From Octopus vulgaris (taxonomy: Eukaryota), in assembly GCA_951406725.2 (NCBI GenBank), contig OX597818.1, forward strand, positions 19,034,001-19,098,000: a DNA stretch of 64,000 bases, written 5' to 3'. Shown here in pieces: positions 1-12,979 of the stretch (its first letter is position 1; each line of letters begins with the position of its first letter). Both the position numbers and the translations under genes were made by a program. The notes below the pieces were generated by a model that was not told where the DNA came from, made no database searches, and saw nothing but the letters and a program-made list of their open reading frames with translations.

Positions 1-75
1 TTTCTTTCAAGGTAAAGTGACATGTAACTGTTCAAAGATGACTTCAGAAGTAACTAGTAGCAACTTCTCTTGAAA

Positions 76-647
76 ATGGACAACATTTGGCAACATGGTG
101 CTGCGAAGTATCTGCAGGAAAAGGATTTAGCTCCCAACGGCATTCATGCTGACATCGCTGCTAGATTAGAGAATGCCGCTCTAGATTCATCAACAGAGCA
201 AATATGGGGCAGCTGAATTTAGGAGGAGAAGGTCATCTTAAAGATGACCTAAGGTCTGGATGTCCTGCAACCGCCATTCGCGAGGGAAACATTGATCGTA
301 TTCACCGCATGATGATGGGTGACAGGCGATTTACTATAAATCAATAACAAATGTCATTACTATATCCCGTGAGAGAGTTGATAATATTCCGAACAATGAA
401 CCTGGCGTGACGAAAATTTATGGTCTGCGGGTGCCTCATCTTCTGACACCTGATCAAAAGCACACCAGCCTGATAACATCACGAGAAAATCTGACATTTT
501 TGGAATCAGATCCAGCTGGTTTCTTTGGCTGTTTCCTAACCCACGATTAGTGTTGGATTAATCACTTTGAGTCAGAGACAAAGAGACAATCCATGCAGTG
601 GCAACACCCTTCCTCACCAGCTCTAAAGAAGGCCAAGATCGTTTCAT
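76..647 (+). mobile_element. Mariner transposase remnant, N-terminal half (frameshifted, truncated)
   Basis: Translation from ATG at 76 gives MDNIWQHGAAKYLQEKDLAPNGIHAD..., then DDLRSGCP, (W/R)VPHLLTPDQK and HFESETKRQSMQW, which are mariner HTH, WVPHEL-like and first-D regions, broken by stops and frameshifts. Confidence 0.85.
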
Positions 648-1659
648 GTATGTATGTATAATAAGGGTGGCTTATTCGCAATTTTACAACCGAAAGGCAG
701 AAGTATAGACGTCACTAAAATGAACAAGGACACTCGTCAGCACCAGGGTTGCTAGAAATAAGAGTCAAAACAACTCATAGCCACGATAAAGCACTTGTCT
801 TAATGACTGACAAGTCAGGCAAGCTCCCTACAACATCCGAGCATAACTAGATCACTCTTATTATTTATAATTTCCACTTTTACTATTAATGCAATCAGCG
901 TATGATTTCTACGGTAATCTTATAGATTATATATAAATATATATATATATATAAAACTAATGTAGGATAAAGTTTTTTCCGGGAAAAAAATTTATCAATG
1001 GCCAGCATATCAAAAAATTCCTTTAAAGGTTAAATTTATAAATAATTTACAAAATAACATAAACACGATTAAACAAGCGATTTAGTCTATCCTAGCCGAC
1101 TGTCCTTGTTTGTCCTGTGTTTAGCCCCTTGTGGGTAGTAAAGAAATATGTATTGGTTTTTAATTATATTAACGAGTAGATAACCCGCGCCGCACATAAC
1201 AGCATTTCTATTTACTTATTTATATGTTTATTATACCTCTTACGTAACCCAAATTTATACCCTATATCGCACTTAAACTTTTAAGAGCACCCTTAATTTT
1301 TTTATAAGGGCATTATTTGTTATCATAGAGGCTTATTTCGCGTTTCAAACAGCGTTATCTATTACAATTAACGACACCGGATATTACTACCAGGTATAAT
1401 GGCGGTGCCCCAGCATGGCCACAGCTCATGAGCTGAAACTAGAATCAATCAATCAATCATAACTTTTTCGGTTAAAACCGCCGGGCAACTAGCCATTTTC
1501 CCCACTTACTTCTCCCTTCATCTAATTGAAGAAATGTACACACATGTGGAACATAAAGGACACAAAAATGTAAGCCTAAAGACTTTACGAACTTTTTTCC
1601 CTTTTTCTTTTCCTTTTCCTTTTTTCTCCTGTCTATATGCCTCCGATAAACTCTAAATC

Positions 1660-1737
1660 ATTCTGACGATGTTTGTTAAACGGAATGAGATAAATGCAAC
1701 TTTAATTCAAAAATAACAAACTGAAACAGTTGCTAAT
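1660..1737 (+). ncRNA. Degenerate type I hammerhead ribozyme motif
   Basis: att-CTGACGA-t-GTTTGTTA...TAACAAAC-t-GAAAC-agtt-GCT-aat: 8-bp perfect stem II, 3-bp stem I, cleavage triplet mutated (GCU instead of GUH). Confidence 0.55.
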
Positions 1738-1890
1738 ATTTTTAACTACAATTTTAATACCAATGATGACCTTTTAATACCAATTATCAACTTCTAATTG
1801 TTAATTGTTGCTCCATTTCTTTTCTTTTCGTGTTGTCATGTTATTATCATTAATTAATATATATACATCTACGTACATATATATGCACAT

Positions 1891-1944
<54 letters not shown>

Positions 1945-1950
<6 letters not shown>

Positions 1951-2148
1951 TAATCCGAACAAGAAAGCACAAAAAAACACTACAACGCGAGGACGTGGAA
2001 CAAATATAGTATTATTGGACGGTCAGGAAAGAAGGGAAGAAGGAGGGTTTAACGTTTCGAGCGGAGCTCTTCGTCGGAAACATAGAAGGAAAGATCCAGA
2101 GAAGGGAAGACAGAGGAAAAAAGTCGCCAACAGTACACACGAGGTCAC
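1945..2148 (-). mobile_element. Penelope-like pseudo-LTR/terminal fragment between TA microsatellites
   Basis: Similar to 23820-24030 and 37120-37270; the latter lies at the 3' end of a GIY-YIG Penelope-like remnant. Contains a minimal hammerhead motif. Confidence 0.6.
2047..2081 (-). ncRNA. Minimal type I hammerhead motif (CCGACGA core variant)
   Basis: Minus strand reads GTTT-CCGACGA-A-GAGC-TCC-GCTC-GAAAC-GTT-AAAC: stem I 4 bp, stem II 4 bp, palindromic loopless stem III (ACGT). Confidence 0.65.
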
Positions 2149-2170
2149 ATACATATTTATATACATATTT

Positions 2171-2237
<67 letters not shown>

Positions 2238-2450
2238 TAGATATACACATACATACGTATATACACACACGCTCACATATACGGATATGTACATATATAC
2301 GTGCACTCACATACCTACGCATATATAAACATACCTACACTCGCACGCATATACATACACAGATGCTCGTGTTTGCATACACTTACACATATATATATAC
2401 ATATCTATTTACACGCACACACATCCATACATATAAATACGTTTATATAC

Positions 2451-2528
<78 letters not shown>

Positions 2529-2544
2529 ATATATATTTCTAAAC

Positions 2545-2890
2545 TTGACTCCGTTGGCCAAGAATGACCATGAGTGCACCTAAGAGGTTCCCCTCCGGGG
2601 TACATGTCTAGGCAAAAGTCGCCTCACCAACAAACGCAAAACCTAGGGTTGTGTCATCCATGCATATCAACCTCACCTCTCTACGCTACCGATGTTATCC
2701 AAAGGAAAGGCAAAGGCCGATACAGCTTGGCATCAGTGACGTCGCAGCTCATTTCTACAGCTGAGTGAACTGGAGCAACGAGAAATAAAGTGTCTTGTTC
2801 AAGAACACTATACGCAGCCCGGTCCGGGAATCGAACTTACAACCTCACGATCGTAAGCTCAACGCTCCAACTACTGAGCCATGCACCTTC
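2545..2890 (-). mobile_element. tRNA-derived SINE, family D
   Basis: Minus-strand head GCATGGCTCAGTAGTTGG (A box) ... GTTCGATTCCCGG (B box); body shared with 42314-42660, 35286-35780 and 48410-48680. Confidence 0.8.
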
Positions 2891-3104
2891 ACTACATAGA
2901 TATATACATTCGCATATGCACACACACATACACACAAGCACTCAAATACGGATATGTACGCGCACTCACATACATACACATACATACACGTATTTGTGTG
3001 TGGTGTGGTGATTGTGTATTTGTATAAGATGGGTTTTTTTTGCACGCATTGGCTCCTGACCTGACGTGCAGATTTCCACCACTATTATTATTTTTGTTAC
3101 TAAT

Positions 3105-3270
3105 AGGCGCAGGAGTGGCTGTGTGGTAAGTAGCTTGCTAACCAGCCACATGGTTCCGGGTTCAGTCCCACTGCGTGGCGTCTTGAGCAAGTGTCCTCTG
3201 CTATAGCCCCGGGCCGACCAATGCCTTGTGAGTGGATTTGGTAGACGGAAACTGAAAGAAGCCCGTCGTA

Positions 3271-3311
<41 letters not shown>

Positions 3312-3540
3312 TTGTTTGTGTGTCTGTGTTTGTCCCCCTAGCATTGCTTGACCACCGATGCTGGTGTGTTTATGTCCCCGTCACTTAGCGGTTCGGCAAA
3401 AGAAACCGATAGAATAAGTACTGGTCTTACAAAAAGAATAAGTCCCGGGGTCGAGTTGCTCGATTAAAGGCGGTGCTCCAGCATGGCCGCAGTCAAATGA
3501 CTGAAACAAGTAAAAGAGTAAAAGAGTAAAAAGAGAGAGA
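3105..3540 (+). mobile_element. tRNA-derived SINE, family A, full length
   Basis: A box TGGCTGTGTGG, B box GGTTCAGTCCC, internal TA/TG tract and GTAAAAGA-repeat tail; many copies in the window. Confidence 0.9.
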
Positions 3541-4332
3541 GAGTATCTGGTGACTTTTTGTTTTTGTGATTTCCCAGTTGTCTAGCAGTGTCTGAAGTGT
3601 TCTTGATGTTATAGCCTGTTTCCTCGATTCTTTTTTGAGTTTTTGTTTGAATCCTATTATAACTGTCGGGCTCTTTATCTTATGTTTTTGTGATCCCTAT
3701 CACGTTTATTTTTTTCGTATTGTTATTATACCCCGTGTTGTATTGATCTGTTCGTTTCTTGTCTGTGGTCGTTATTTGCATGTATATTATTATATTGTAA
3801 TTGTGTATGTAGTAACCCACGTTGCTGGATATGGCGTACGGTACTTTCACTGTGTGCTTGTTGAAGATACGATTGTATTTGTGTTTTAGGGAAGCACCTA
3901 TATAACGCTGCAAGGAATTATTTACCTATATTCGATGATATTTGCAATCCGAAAATTGGGTTATATCATAGGACCTCGGAATTTTTGTATCTTTTTTTGG
4001 TTCCTTTAGCCTATTTACAGAGATAATATTTACATATCACCTGAGGAAACACAACTAGATCTCGTAATGCAGCGAAACAGTTTCATTATCAAGTACCTGC
4101 ACTCCTGGAGAACTACGTTGCGTGGGAACAATTGCAGTGATTAAAAAACAAATGTTCAACCGTACCCTTTCTTGTTGACTTGTTGACTCCAATTTTTTTC
4201 AGTTATATATTTACACACGACAGATGCCCACATGCAAACCTAGAAGTATGTATAATACTACTGCTGGAGAAATCCGATGGTCGACGAGCTTAATACTGTA
4301 CTCTACTACGTTCTTAACAGATTATACCATAA

Positions 4333-4408
<76 letters not shown>

Positions 4409-4481
4409 ATAGAAATAGTAAGACAACAAACGAATGAAAGAGACCTCGATATTATGTAAATAGTGGAATCTATCTGTAAAA

Positions 4482-4725
4482 GTAATATGTGACAATTATT
4501 CGGTAGCCATGATAAAGCTCTAAGTTTCGGATTTCGGGGTGGAAATCCACGCCGCCATCCCCTTCAGTTATCTGGCCATCAGAAAAAATGCTATGAAAAA
4601 CCTATGAAAAATCATGGCATTTTTCCCGATGGCCGGATTACTGAGGAGATGGCGGCGTGGATTTCCACCCCGACATCCGAAACTCGGAGTTTTATTATGA
4701 CTACCGAATAATTGTCACATATTAC
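4482..4725. repeat. Fold-back inverted repeat (about 113-bp arms) with a hammerhead motif in each arm
   Basis: gtaatatgtgacaattattcggtag... is the reverse complement of ...ctaccgaataattgtcacatattac, with a short spacer; the element lies between (TA)n tracts. Right arm has CTGAGGA-GATG...CATCC-GAAAC-TCGGA-GTT. Confidence 0.9.
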
Positions 4726-6935
4726 ATATATATATATATATATACATACATACTCTAAAGCATAGATATATTTTTTCACAAATGGTTATTAGAATCGCAA
4801 TGGATAAGCTAAATCATAAGCATATGTGTGCATATAACACACACTCCCTCTCGCACAAACACACACACACTCATAAATATATACACATATATATTACAAT
4901 AAAGTTAATATGCATGTAAAGTAAGCTATATCTCTAATCTGTAAAATATATATGATATAAACCGCTTGTTTAATATATGGATAGAATGGAATATATATAC
5001 ATATCAATTTACGTGTAAATGCGTACATATACAGGTATGTGTAGATATCTTATACCAGCATGCATATATCTGTACTCAAGGAAATATGGTGACAGGGGAT
5101 TACTGAAACATGTCATCCCTCACATATTGCAATGTAGCACAAACTATGATAAATAAATAAAAGAGAATAATAAATTATAAATGAAATATATATATGCGAT
5201 CATATGCACGGAGGAAACAGATAAATAAGAAATATCACATATACTATTTTTCATATCACATGAATAGAGGAGGTAGATAAACAGTCATAAGGTGAAGAGA
5301 AACGTTAGGTAGAAATACAAAAATAGATATAAATATATCTAGTAGATTTCAATCATGCTATATATACCTGAACGTTGGTACTGGATGCAAATTATTCTAA
5401 AATATGGAGTAAGTAATGCGCGATAAGAATTGTATCCTCTGGTATAAAATAATAGAAATTGTAAATTTTTCCTTGTCAAGAGGTGAAAATACGGTGTAAA
5501 AACGATTATATAAAGAATTATATAATTGCATAAATATATGCAGAGGCACAAAAGTCAGTGTGTAAGGCAATATTCAGTACAAACTGAATATAAATAAGCA
5601 TGGATATACGCTAGAAAGCCACAAAACTGTGGGATTTGTCTCAAGACATCTCATATAAACATGTAGTGTTAAAAAGCATAGAAAGTAAATCAGAAGACGA
5701 AATGTGTCCATCACCATCATTGGAATTGCTACATCTAGATTTATGCTCTCTTTAGCGTCATCACTTTTAAACATCTACTTGAAACCGCATGCTTAGACAA
5801 ATTTAGCTTTTTATGATATAGAAAAACAATCACTGCTGTCGCAAATAGCCGTCTATTTGCTAATAACGAAAAAGAAAGTAAAATTTATATTGTATATTGT
5901 GATTGTGTACGGAGAAATTAATGCTAAATAGGAGAAACTAAAATAATATTTTCTTGTCGATGTGTTGTATACCCAAAAGTAAAGCTTAATGGCTCATCAA
6001 TTATAAACTTCTGAGTCCTTATAGAGAACTATTAAAAGATATCGTGTATGAAGATAAATTTGATAAAGACTTCAATGAGATAAATAAGAAAATAATATAA
6101 AAACACAGTATGGGTGTAGATAAATGTAGTAATGTCACCATTGAGGGTAAATTAAGAAAATTGATTAAGAACACATCAGATGTGTAGTGTTAAAGTAGAT
6201 TAACTGTCCTAATTTACTGTTTGTCTATGCCATATATAAAGAGTCAGATCTAAGAACTATTGGGCGTCTCATATCTGTCCTGGTAATGAAGCAGATGGTA
6301 AAATTTACGCTGTGGGAAACCAACCACGCTATTCAGCACACACTGTCGGTAAGCCATCAGAGAACAATTACGGCATATAAAATTGAAATATTATATTTAT
6401 TATATGTTTACATAAAATTTTCCTCTCAGGAGCTATAATTCCTTAGCAAATAGGATTTGTATAGGATTTGTATTGCCTCAGCCGTGAAAAAGCCGCAAAA
6501 TGTATTACCAGTGTAAAAATAAATTATGTAAAATTTATATGATACATAGTAAGAGAAAATTAATGTTAAATGGGAGAAAATAAAAAAAAATCTATTACTG
6601 CAACTTAGTTCAGTACCCAAGAGTATTTTTACTATGCTTCAGCAATTATGCTCTGATGTTCTTATATCTAAACTATCGTAAATAAACAGATATTGCGAAA
6701 GCAGTTTTCTAGCCGAAATCCTGAATGAATGCGTTAGTAGAAACGCGACTTAAAACAACCATCCATTCACCCTAGAGGAATGAGTCTAAATGAGAAATCA
6801 ATACATAATTTCTTGAGCTTAGCAAATTGAGATAAGATGTTAATTTTTTGGTACCCTACAAATAGAATTAATATTTATCTCATTATCATAATTGACGTTA
6901 TTCAATTTTATATAATTTATAAGAATATTCTCTAT

Positions 6936-6999
6936 GGTTAAACTACCTTAATCTACTTGCCCTATTATAATAGGGCAAGTACAGTAAGGTAGTTTAACC
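6936..6999. repeat. 64-bp near-perfect loopless palindrome
   Basis: ggttaaactacctta-atc-tacttgccctatta|taatagggcaagta-cag-taaggtagtttaacc; 2 mismatches. Confidence 0.95.
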
Positions 7000-7548
7000 G
7001 TTTTTCCAGTACTTTTGTGAAGGAGTATAATTAGATAATAATTAAACAATTATTTTTTTAAAAAAAAGGAAAGTTATTGTGAGAAGATTTTATTTGATTT
7101 GCGAATTTTTTTATTGTTTAGGGTTGTCATATCCTATCCCTTCATTTGCTTCCACACATCACTGAACCATGGACAATAAAATTCCAATATCAGACAAAAA
7201 CAAGTTTCCTCACGATAACTTTCTATGAACCCACACGTACTTTCTTCCTCCTCTCCTCCTCTATTTTCTCCTCTACGCAGTTATTTCCCCGGTCTCCCTA
7301 CACCACATCTAATTACCATTTCACAGTTCCACCCCCCTGACCCCCCCTAAAAAAACACAATTTGTCAATGATTACAAAGACAGAAAGAACTCAGGTAAAT
7401 CACAATCTGGCGAAAGTGAGTAAAAAAGAACTTCGAAGTCATGTCAACTTACCTTTGTAAAAGTTTAATATATGCATCTGTCTATCTATTTATCTATCTA
7501 TCTATCTGTCTGTCTATCTGCTTGTCTGTTTGTCTGTTTGTCTGTTTG

Positions 7549-7589
<41 letters not shown>

Positions 7590-7702
7590 TTACCTATCTA
7601 TCTGTTTATTTATCCATCTATCTATCTATCTAGCTATCAGGCTATTTATCTATCTCTTTGTATGTCTGTCTGTATATGTATCTATCTCTTTATATATTCA
7701 TG

Positions 7703-7781
<79 letters not shown>

Positions 7782-8163
7782 TTTTCACAACGCACACACG
7801 TACAATCCAACGAAGCTTGTTATCTCCGATATTTCTTACTCCTATCATGATGTTGAAATGGGATGCTGAAAGGTATTTTTTCTTTCCCTTTTATCCAATT
7901 TGATTAGTCATATACGTCAGCAAATATCCTCGCACGAATTATGACATTATTTCAAAGTCATCGACCCTAGTTATTCTTCTAGCTATTGTATTGCTGTAGA
8001 AAGCGCCTTGCGTATGATGGAATATAGTAATTGCCTATATCAAAGTATTTTCTAATTTGCAAAACCAAATTATAACGACCTTGGTACTAATCCATAAGCT
8101 TAAATACGAAAGTTTCAATTACCTATATACATACATATATACATACATACATACATACATACA

Positions 8164-8196
<33 letters not shown>

Positions 8197-8293
8197 GTGT
8201 GCGCGTGTGTACCTATCTATATGTATATATATACATATATATATATATATACATACATACATTACATACATATATATGTGTGTGTGTTTGTGT

Positions 8294-8345
<52 letters not shown>

Positions 8346-8347
8346 AC

Positions 8348-8650
8348 GTGCCCGGACAGGATGCCGAATGCACTTTTACCGAAGCCAAGAAGCCGAACGT
8401 TCATAAAGCCAAACGGACACAATAAAAAAAAGAAAAAAAACATTCTTCCCTACATAGTTTAATGACCAATTCACCAATTTCGCAAATATGTTCATCAATT
8501 TGACAATTTTATCATATATTTCAATTTTCGTATATCTTTTCGGCATCTTGTCCATTTGGCTTTATGTCAGTTCGGCATTATGTCCGTTCTGCTTCTCGAT
8601 TTAGGCTTCTCGTCCTTCGGCAGAAGTGCATTCGCATCCTGTCCGCGTAC
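8348..8650. mobile_element. MITE with about 35-bp TIRs and subterminal GCCGAA/TTCGGC-like repeats
   Basis: 5' cggacaggatgccgaatgcacttttaccgaag versus 3' cttcggcagaagtgcattcgcatcctgtccg; no coding capacity. Confidence 0.75.
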
Positions 8651-8702
8651 CATATTTTGAATATGTAGTAATTCATACATGTATACAAACATATATATAT
8701 AT

Positions 8703-9095
8703 ATTTTACTTGTTTCAGTCATTTGACTGCGGTCATGCTGGAGCACCGCCTTTAATCGAGCAACTCGACCCCGGGACTTATTCTTTTGTAAGCCCAGTAC
8801 TTATTCTATCGGTCTCTTTTGCCGAACCGCTAAGTAACGGTGACATAAACACACCAGCATCGGTTGTCAAGCAATGCTAGGGGGACAAACACAGACACAC
8901 AAACACATGCACGCATATATATATATACATATATACGACGGGCTTCTTTCAGTTTCCGTCTACCAAATCTACTCACAAGGCTTTGGTCGGCACGAGGCTA
9001 TAGTAGAAGACACTTGCCCAAGGTGCCACGCAGTGGGACTGAACCCGGAACCGTGTGGGTGGTAAACAAGCTACTTACCACACAGCCACTCCTGC
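8703..9095 (-). mobile_element. SINE family A copy
   Basis: Reverse complement of 3105-3540. Confidence 0.9.
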
Positions 9096-9122
9096 ATACA
9101 CACACACACACACACACACACA

Positions 9123-9167
<45 letters not shown>

Positions 9168-9544
9168 ACAGTGTCTTGGAAAGCTGTCTTACTATTTTTA
9201 CTAATTGTACTAGTTATGGCTAGTTTGCTGATGTGTATATTTGATATACATATGATACCTATTTCCTTCGTTTCCATTCTATTTTTACAAATGTGAGAAT
9301 ATATAATTGGTTTTAATTATATTTTTAAAACCAAAACAATGCAAGTTATAAAAAATAGTAATATAGGTCGACGGTTAGTACTTTTAGCTGGTATTTCAAC
9401 AATTCACAGTTAAGACCCTTATACGGAAAAGTCAGCCATCGAGACTTTTTCTCCGTAGATTTCCTGAAGAAGAGATCCTGACTCCGAAATATTACAATAC
9501 CAGGTAGAAGTAACCATCGATCAGTATTCTTTTATCTTTTTTTT

Positions 9545-9918
9545 TTTTTCACTTGTTTCAGTTATTGGATTGCAGCCATGCTGGGGCACCACCATGACGA
9601 ATTTCTAGTCGAATTTATTGACCCAAGTACTTATTTTTAAAAGCCCGATACTTATTCTATCGGTCTTTTATTAGGAACCGCTAAGTTACTGAGACGTACA
9701 ACACACCAGCACCGGTTGTCGAGTGATGGTGGAGGGGGTGGAAAAACACTGACACAAATACACGTGCTCACACACACATACACATATACGACAGGCTTCT
9801 TTAAGTTTCCATTTACCAAATCCACCCATAAGTCTTTGGTAGTACTACGCATTGGTACTGAACCCGGAACTATGTGGTTGCCAAGCAAGCTTCTTACCAC
9901 ACAGTCACGCCTGCGCCT
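9545..9918 (-). mobile_element. SINE family A copy (internally deleted, diverged)
   Basis: Same head and tail as 3105-3540. Confidence 0.8.
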
Positions 9919-10459
9919 ATATTATTGGTATTATAACATTTTTTAGAACTTACATTATTTTGGTTTTAAAAGAAATAATTAAAAACATTTATATCAGACA
10001 ATGCTTCATGAAAATTATACCACTGAAGAGTGAGAATATTTAAAACGTATCCTTTTCTTTAATTATACTTTTATTTACGAGTAATTTTTTATTTTTTGTT
10101 AAACATAACTAGTCTGAGAACTTTTTGATACCACCTCATTTAATTTAAAATACACTCGGAATGATTTTAACTTCTTTTCATTTAATACCACCTATCACTT
10201 TTCAGTAAATTTTGTAATATAAGTGGATTTTATACAGATATTAATTTGCATTTTACGTTCATTAGTAAAGATTTTGAATTCATTTTGAAATCATCTACAA
10301 TGAAAATTATCTTTCATTACTTTATTTTTTACCAATGACCCTATAAGCTGATACACACACGCACTCATACACACACGCACTTATACACACACACACACAT
10401 ATGTATACATGTATAACATTTAGATTTCAAACGTTGCTCCATACGTAGGGCGTTATGAA

Positions 10460-10510
<51 letters not shown>

Positions 10511-10723
10511 TAATAAATAAAATATATACGTACATACAAACATGTACGTACCGACATCTACATGTATATGCATACATGTATATATATACATATGTACATA
10601 AATGTTTGTATGTATGCATATATTTATATATATTGTCTGACAGCGCTTCGCGTCGGATTCGCTCGAATTTTCGAATTTTCGAATTTTCTTTCGTTCCGTC
10701 TCTTATCCTCCCAGTATTGTTTT

Positions 10724-10789
<66 letters not shown>

Positions 10790-10792
<3 letters not shown>

Positions 10793-11670
10793 CACCTCCA
10801 TCCACTACAAACACAGAGACCCACACTCATGCCTCAACTTCTCCTCCTCCCACCCTAAACACACCAAGCTCTCCATCCCCTATTCCCAATTCCTCTGTGT
10901 ACGCAGGCTCTGCAGTAACAACCATGACTTTGAGACTCAGTCTTAACTTATGGCTTGCTACTTCATCCTACATGGATATCCCCTCACCACTATCCACACC
11001 GTCCTTGCCAGAGCACGATCCGTTGACCGTGCATCTACTCTCTCCCCCACACCCGCCCCGCCGTTACCCGTTTCCCCTCAATTACCACCCCACCACACTA
11101 CCTCTCCAATGCACTATTCTCCGAGCATTCTGGCGACTCCAGTCCGACCCCTCCACTTCGCACATCTTCCCTAACTGACCTCTCCCCTCCTTCAAACGAA
11201 CCCAAAACCTACGAGACATCTTGGTCCACAGCTTTTTCCCTAACCCAACCTCCCAACCCAGCTCATTCCCCTCCTCCTGTCCACGTTGCTGCACTTGCCC
11301 TTACCTCTCCAACACTACCCTCCTCACAGGCACCCATCATCGACCCTATCATATCACTGACTCCTTCACCAGCACTTCTAGCAACGTCATCTACTGCATC
11401 TCCTGCTCTCTCTGTCCTTCTCTATAAATCGGTCGAACGGGACGCCGCTCGACTGACCGGTTCGCGGAGCACCTCCGAGACATCCGACTCAGCAACCACA
11501 CCTCGGTCGCGCGCCTTTTCCGCTCTACCGGCCACTCTTTACAACACCTGGCTGTGTTCGGTTTGTCCGTGTACAGGGGCTATCCGGACTCACTGCTCAC
11601 GGTCTTCACCGTGAGCAGGGATTAATCTTCTCTCTTCGCTCCTTTGCGCTACATGGGCTTAACTCTCCTC
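10790..11670 (+). mobile_element. Penelope-like retroelement remnant (RT C-terminus, Cys linker, GIY-YIG endonuclease), probably Neptune-type
   Basis: ...FPLNYHP...FKRTQNLRDILVHS...CPRCCTCP...FTSTSSNVIYCISCSLCPSL*IGRTGRR...RFAEHLRDI...EQGLIFSLRSFALHGLN; in-frame stops present. Confidence 0.9.
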
Positions 11671-12058
11671 CTTTCTTCATATAGCCCTCCTCCTCTCTCC
11701 TCTCTTCCTCTCACAACTACTGCCTCCCAACCACCTCTCCTCTCTTGCTCTGGCACCTACCACCACCCTTCACTCCTACTCACTTTCTCCTTTCCACCCT
11801 CTCCCTTCATCGACACTTGCCTAAGGTGCCACGCAGTGGGACTGGACCCAGAAGCATGAGGTCGAGAAGCAGGCTTTTCACCACACACCCACACCTGCTG
11901 ATGTATGTATATACGTACATACGTTCACACATAACTGTATATGACTATATATGCAATCGACCGTTTAACGTACTAAGAACATGAATAACAATTTATACAA
12001 AAGCTCTCTGTATTTGTGTGTTAGTGTACCAAAAACATTCAAGCAACAACATTCACAT

Positions 12059-12122
<64 letters not shown>

Positions 12123-12283
12123 CTTTCTATATGTAACAGTTTGACTCAGCTCTACCATTAAATACATGTATTGAATGTTACTTTTGAGATATATCTGTGT
12201 GTGTGTGTGTGAATTCATTTGTATTGACGTATGATACATACATGCATATTGTATATGTAATATATTTACCCATATATACATAC

Positions 12284-12327
<44 letters not shown>

Positions 12328-12919
12328 AATGTATGTATGTATTTATATATATATGAGTGTATGAGTGTGAATGTGTGTGTATGTGTGTGAGTGTGTGTAT
12401 ACGTGTATGTATGGATAGATGTGTATAGAGGTATATATATATATATATATATACATCCGTTATCTCTAGAATTATCATTGTCATGATTCGTCTTCATCAT
12501 CAACATGGTCATATACCACCACCACCATCATCATCATCATTATCATCTACATCATCATCGTCGTCATCGTCGTCTTCGTTGTGTGAGAACACGACGCAAC
12601 GTCGAAACGAAAAACGCAATAACGAACAAAATATAGGGAAGACGGAGAAGAGAGTGAACGAGTGAACGTCACACCGTTGGATCCGGGAGAGAGCAGCACT
12701 GTGGTAGGAGGAAAAAGGGGGAGGAGGGTATTCACCTGTTCACACACGTGACCAGCTGCCAACTTTGTTGCTAGGGGGCGCTGGCATTGACAGCGCGTGA
12801 CAACACGAGTAAAAATAAAAGCGATATAGAAAATATTAAATAATGATAAAAATAAACAACTTTTGAACAAGTCACAACAAAATAAATGCGAAAGAATTGT
12901 CATGTTTATTGTCACATAT

Positions 12920-12947
12920 GCTGTTGTTATTATTGTTGTTGCTGCTG

Positions 12948-12979
<32 letters not shown>

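Noticed and set aside
5339-6620. Short hydrophobic minus-strand ORFs suggesting a NUMT or a second membrane-protein pseudogene
   Set aside because: No recognisable mitochondrial or GPCR motifs in continuous frame; hydrophobicity is explained by T-richness.
9463-9505. CTGAAGA-A-GAG...CTC-C-GAAAT hammerhead-like string
   Set aside because: Stem I and the cleavage triplet cannot be assigned convincingly; counted only as a weak remnant.
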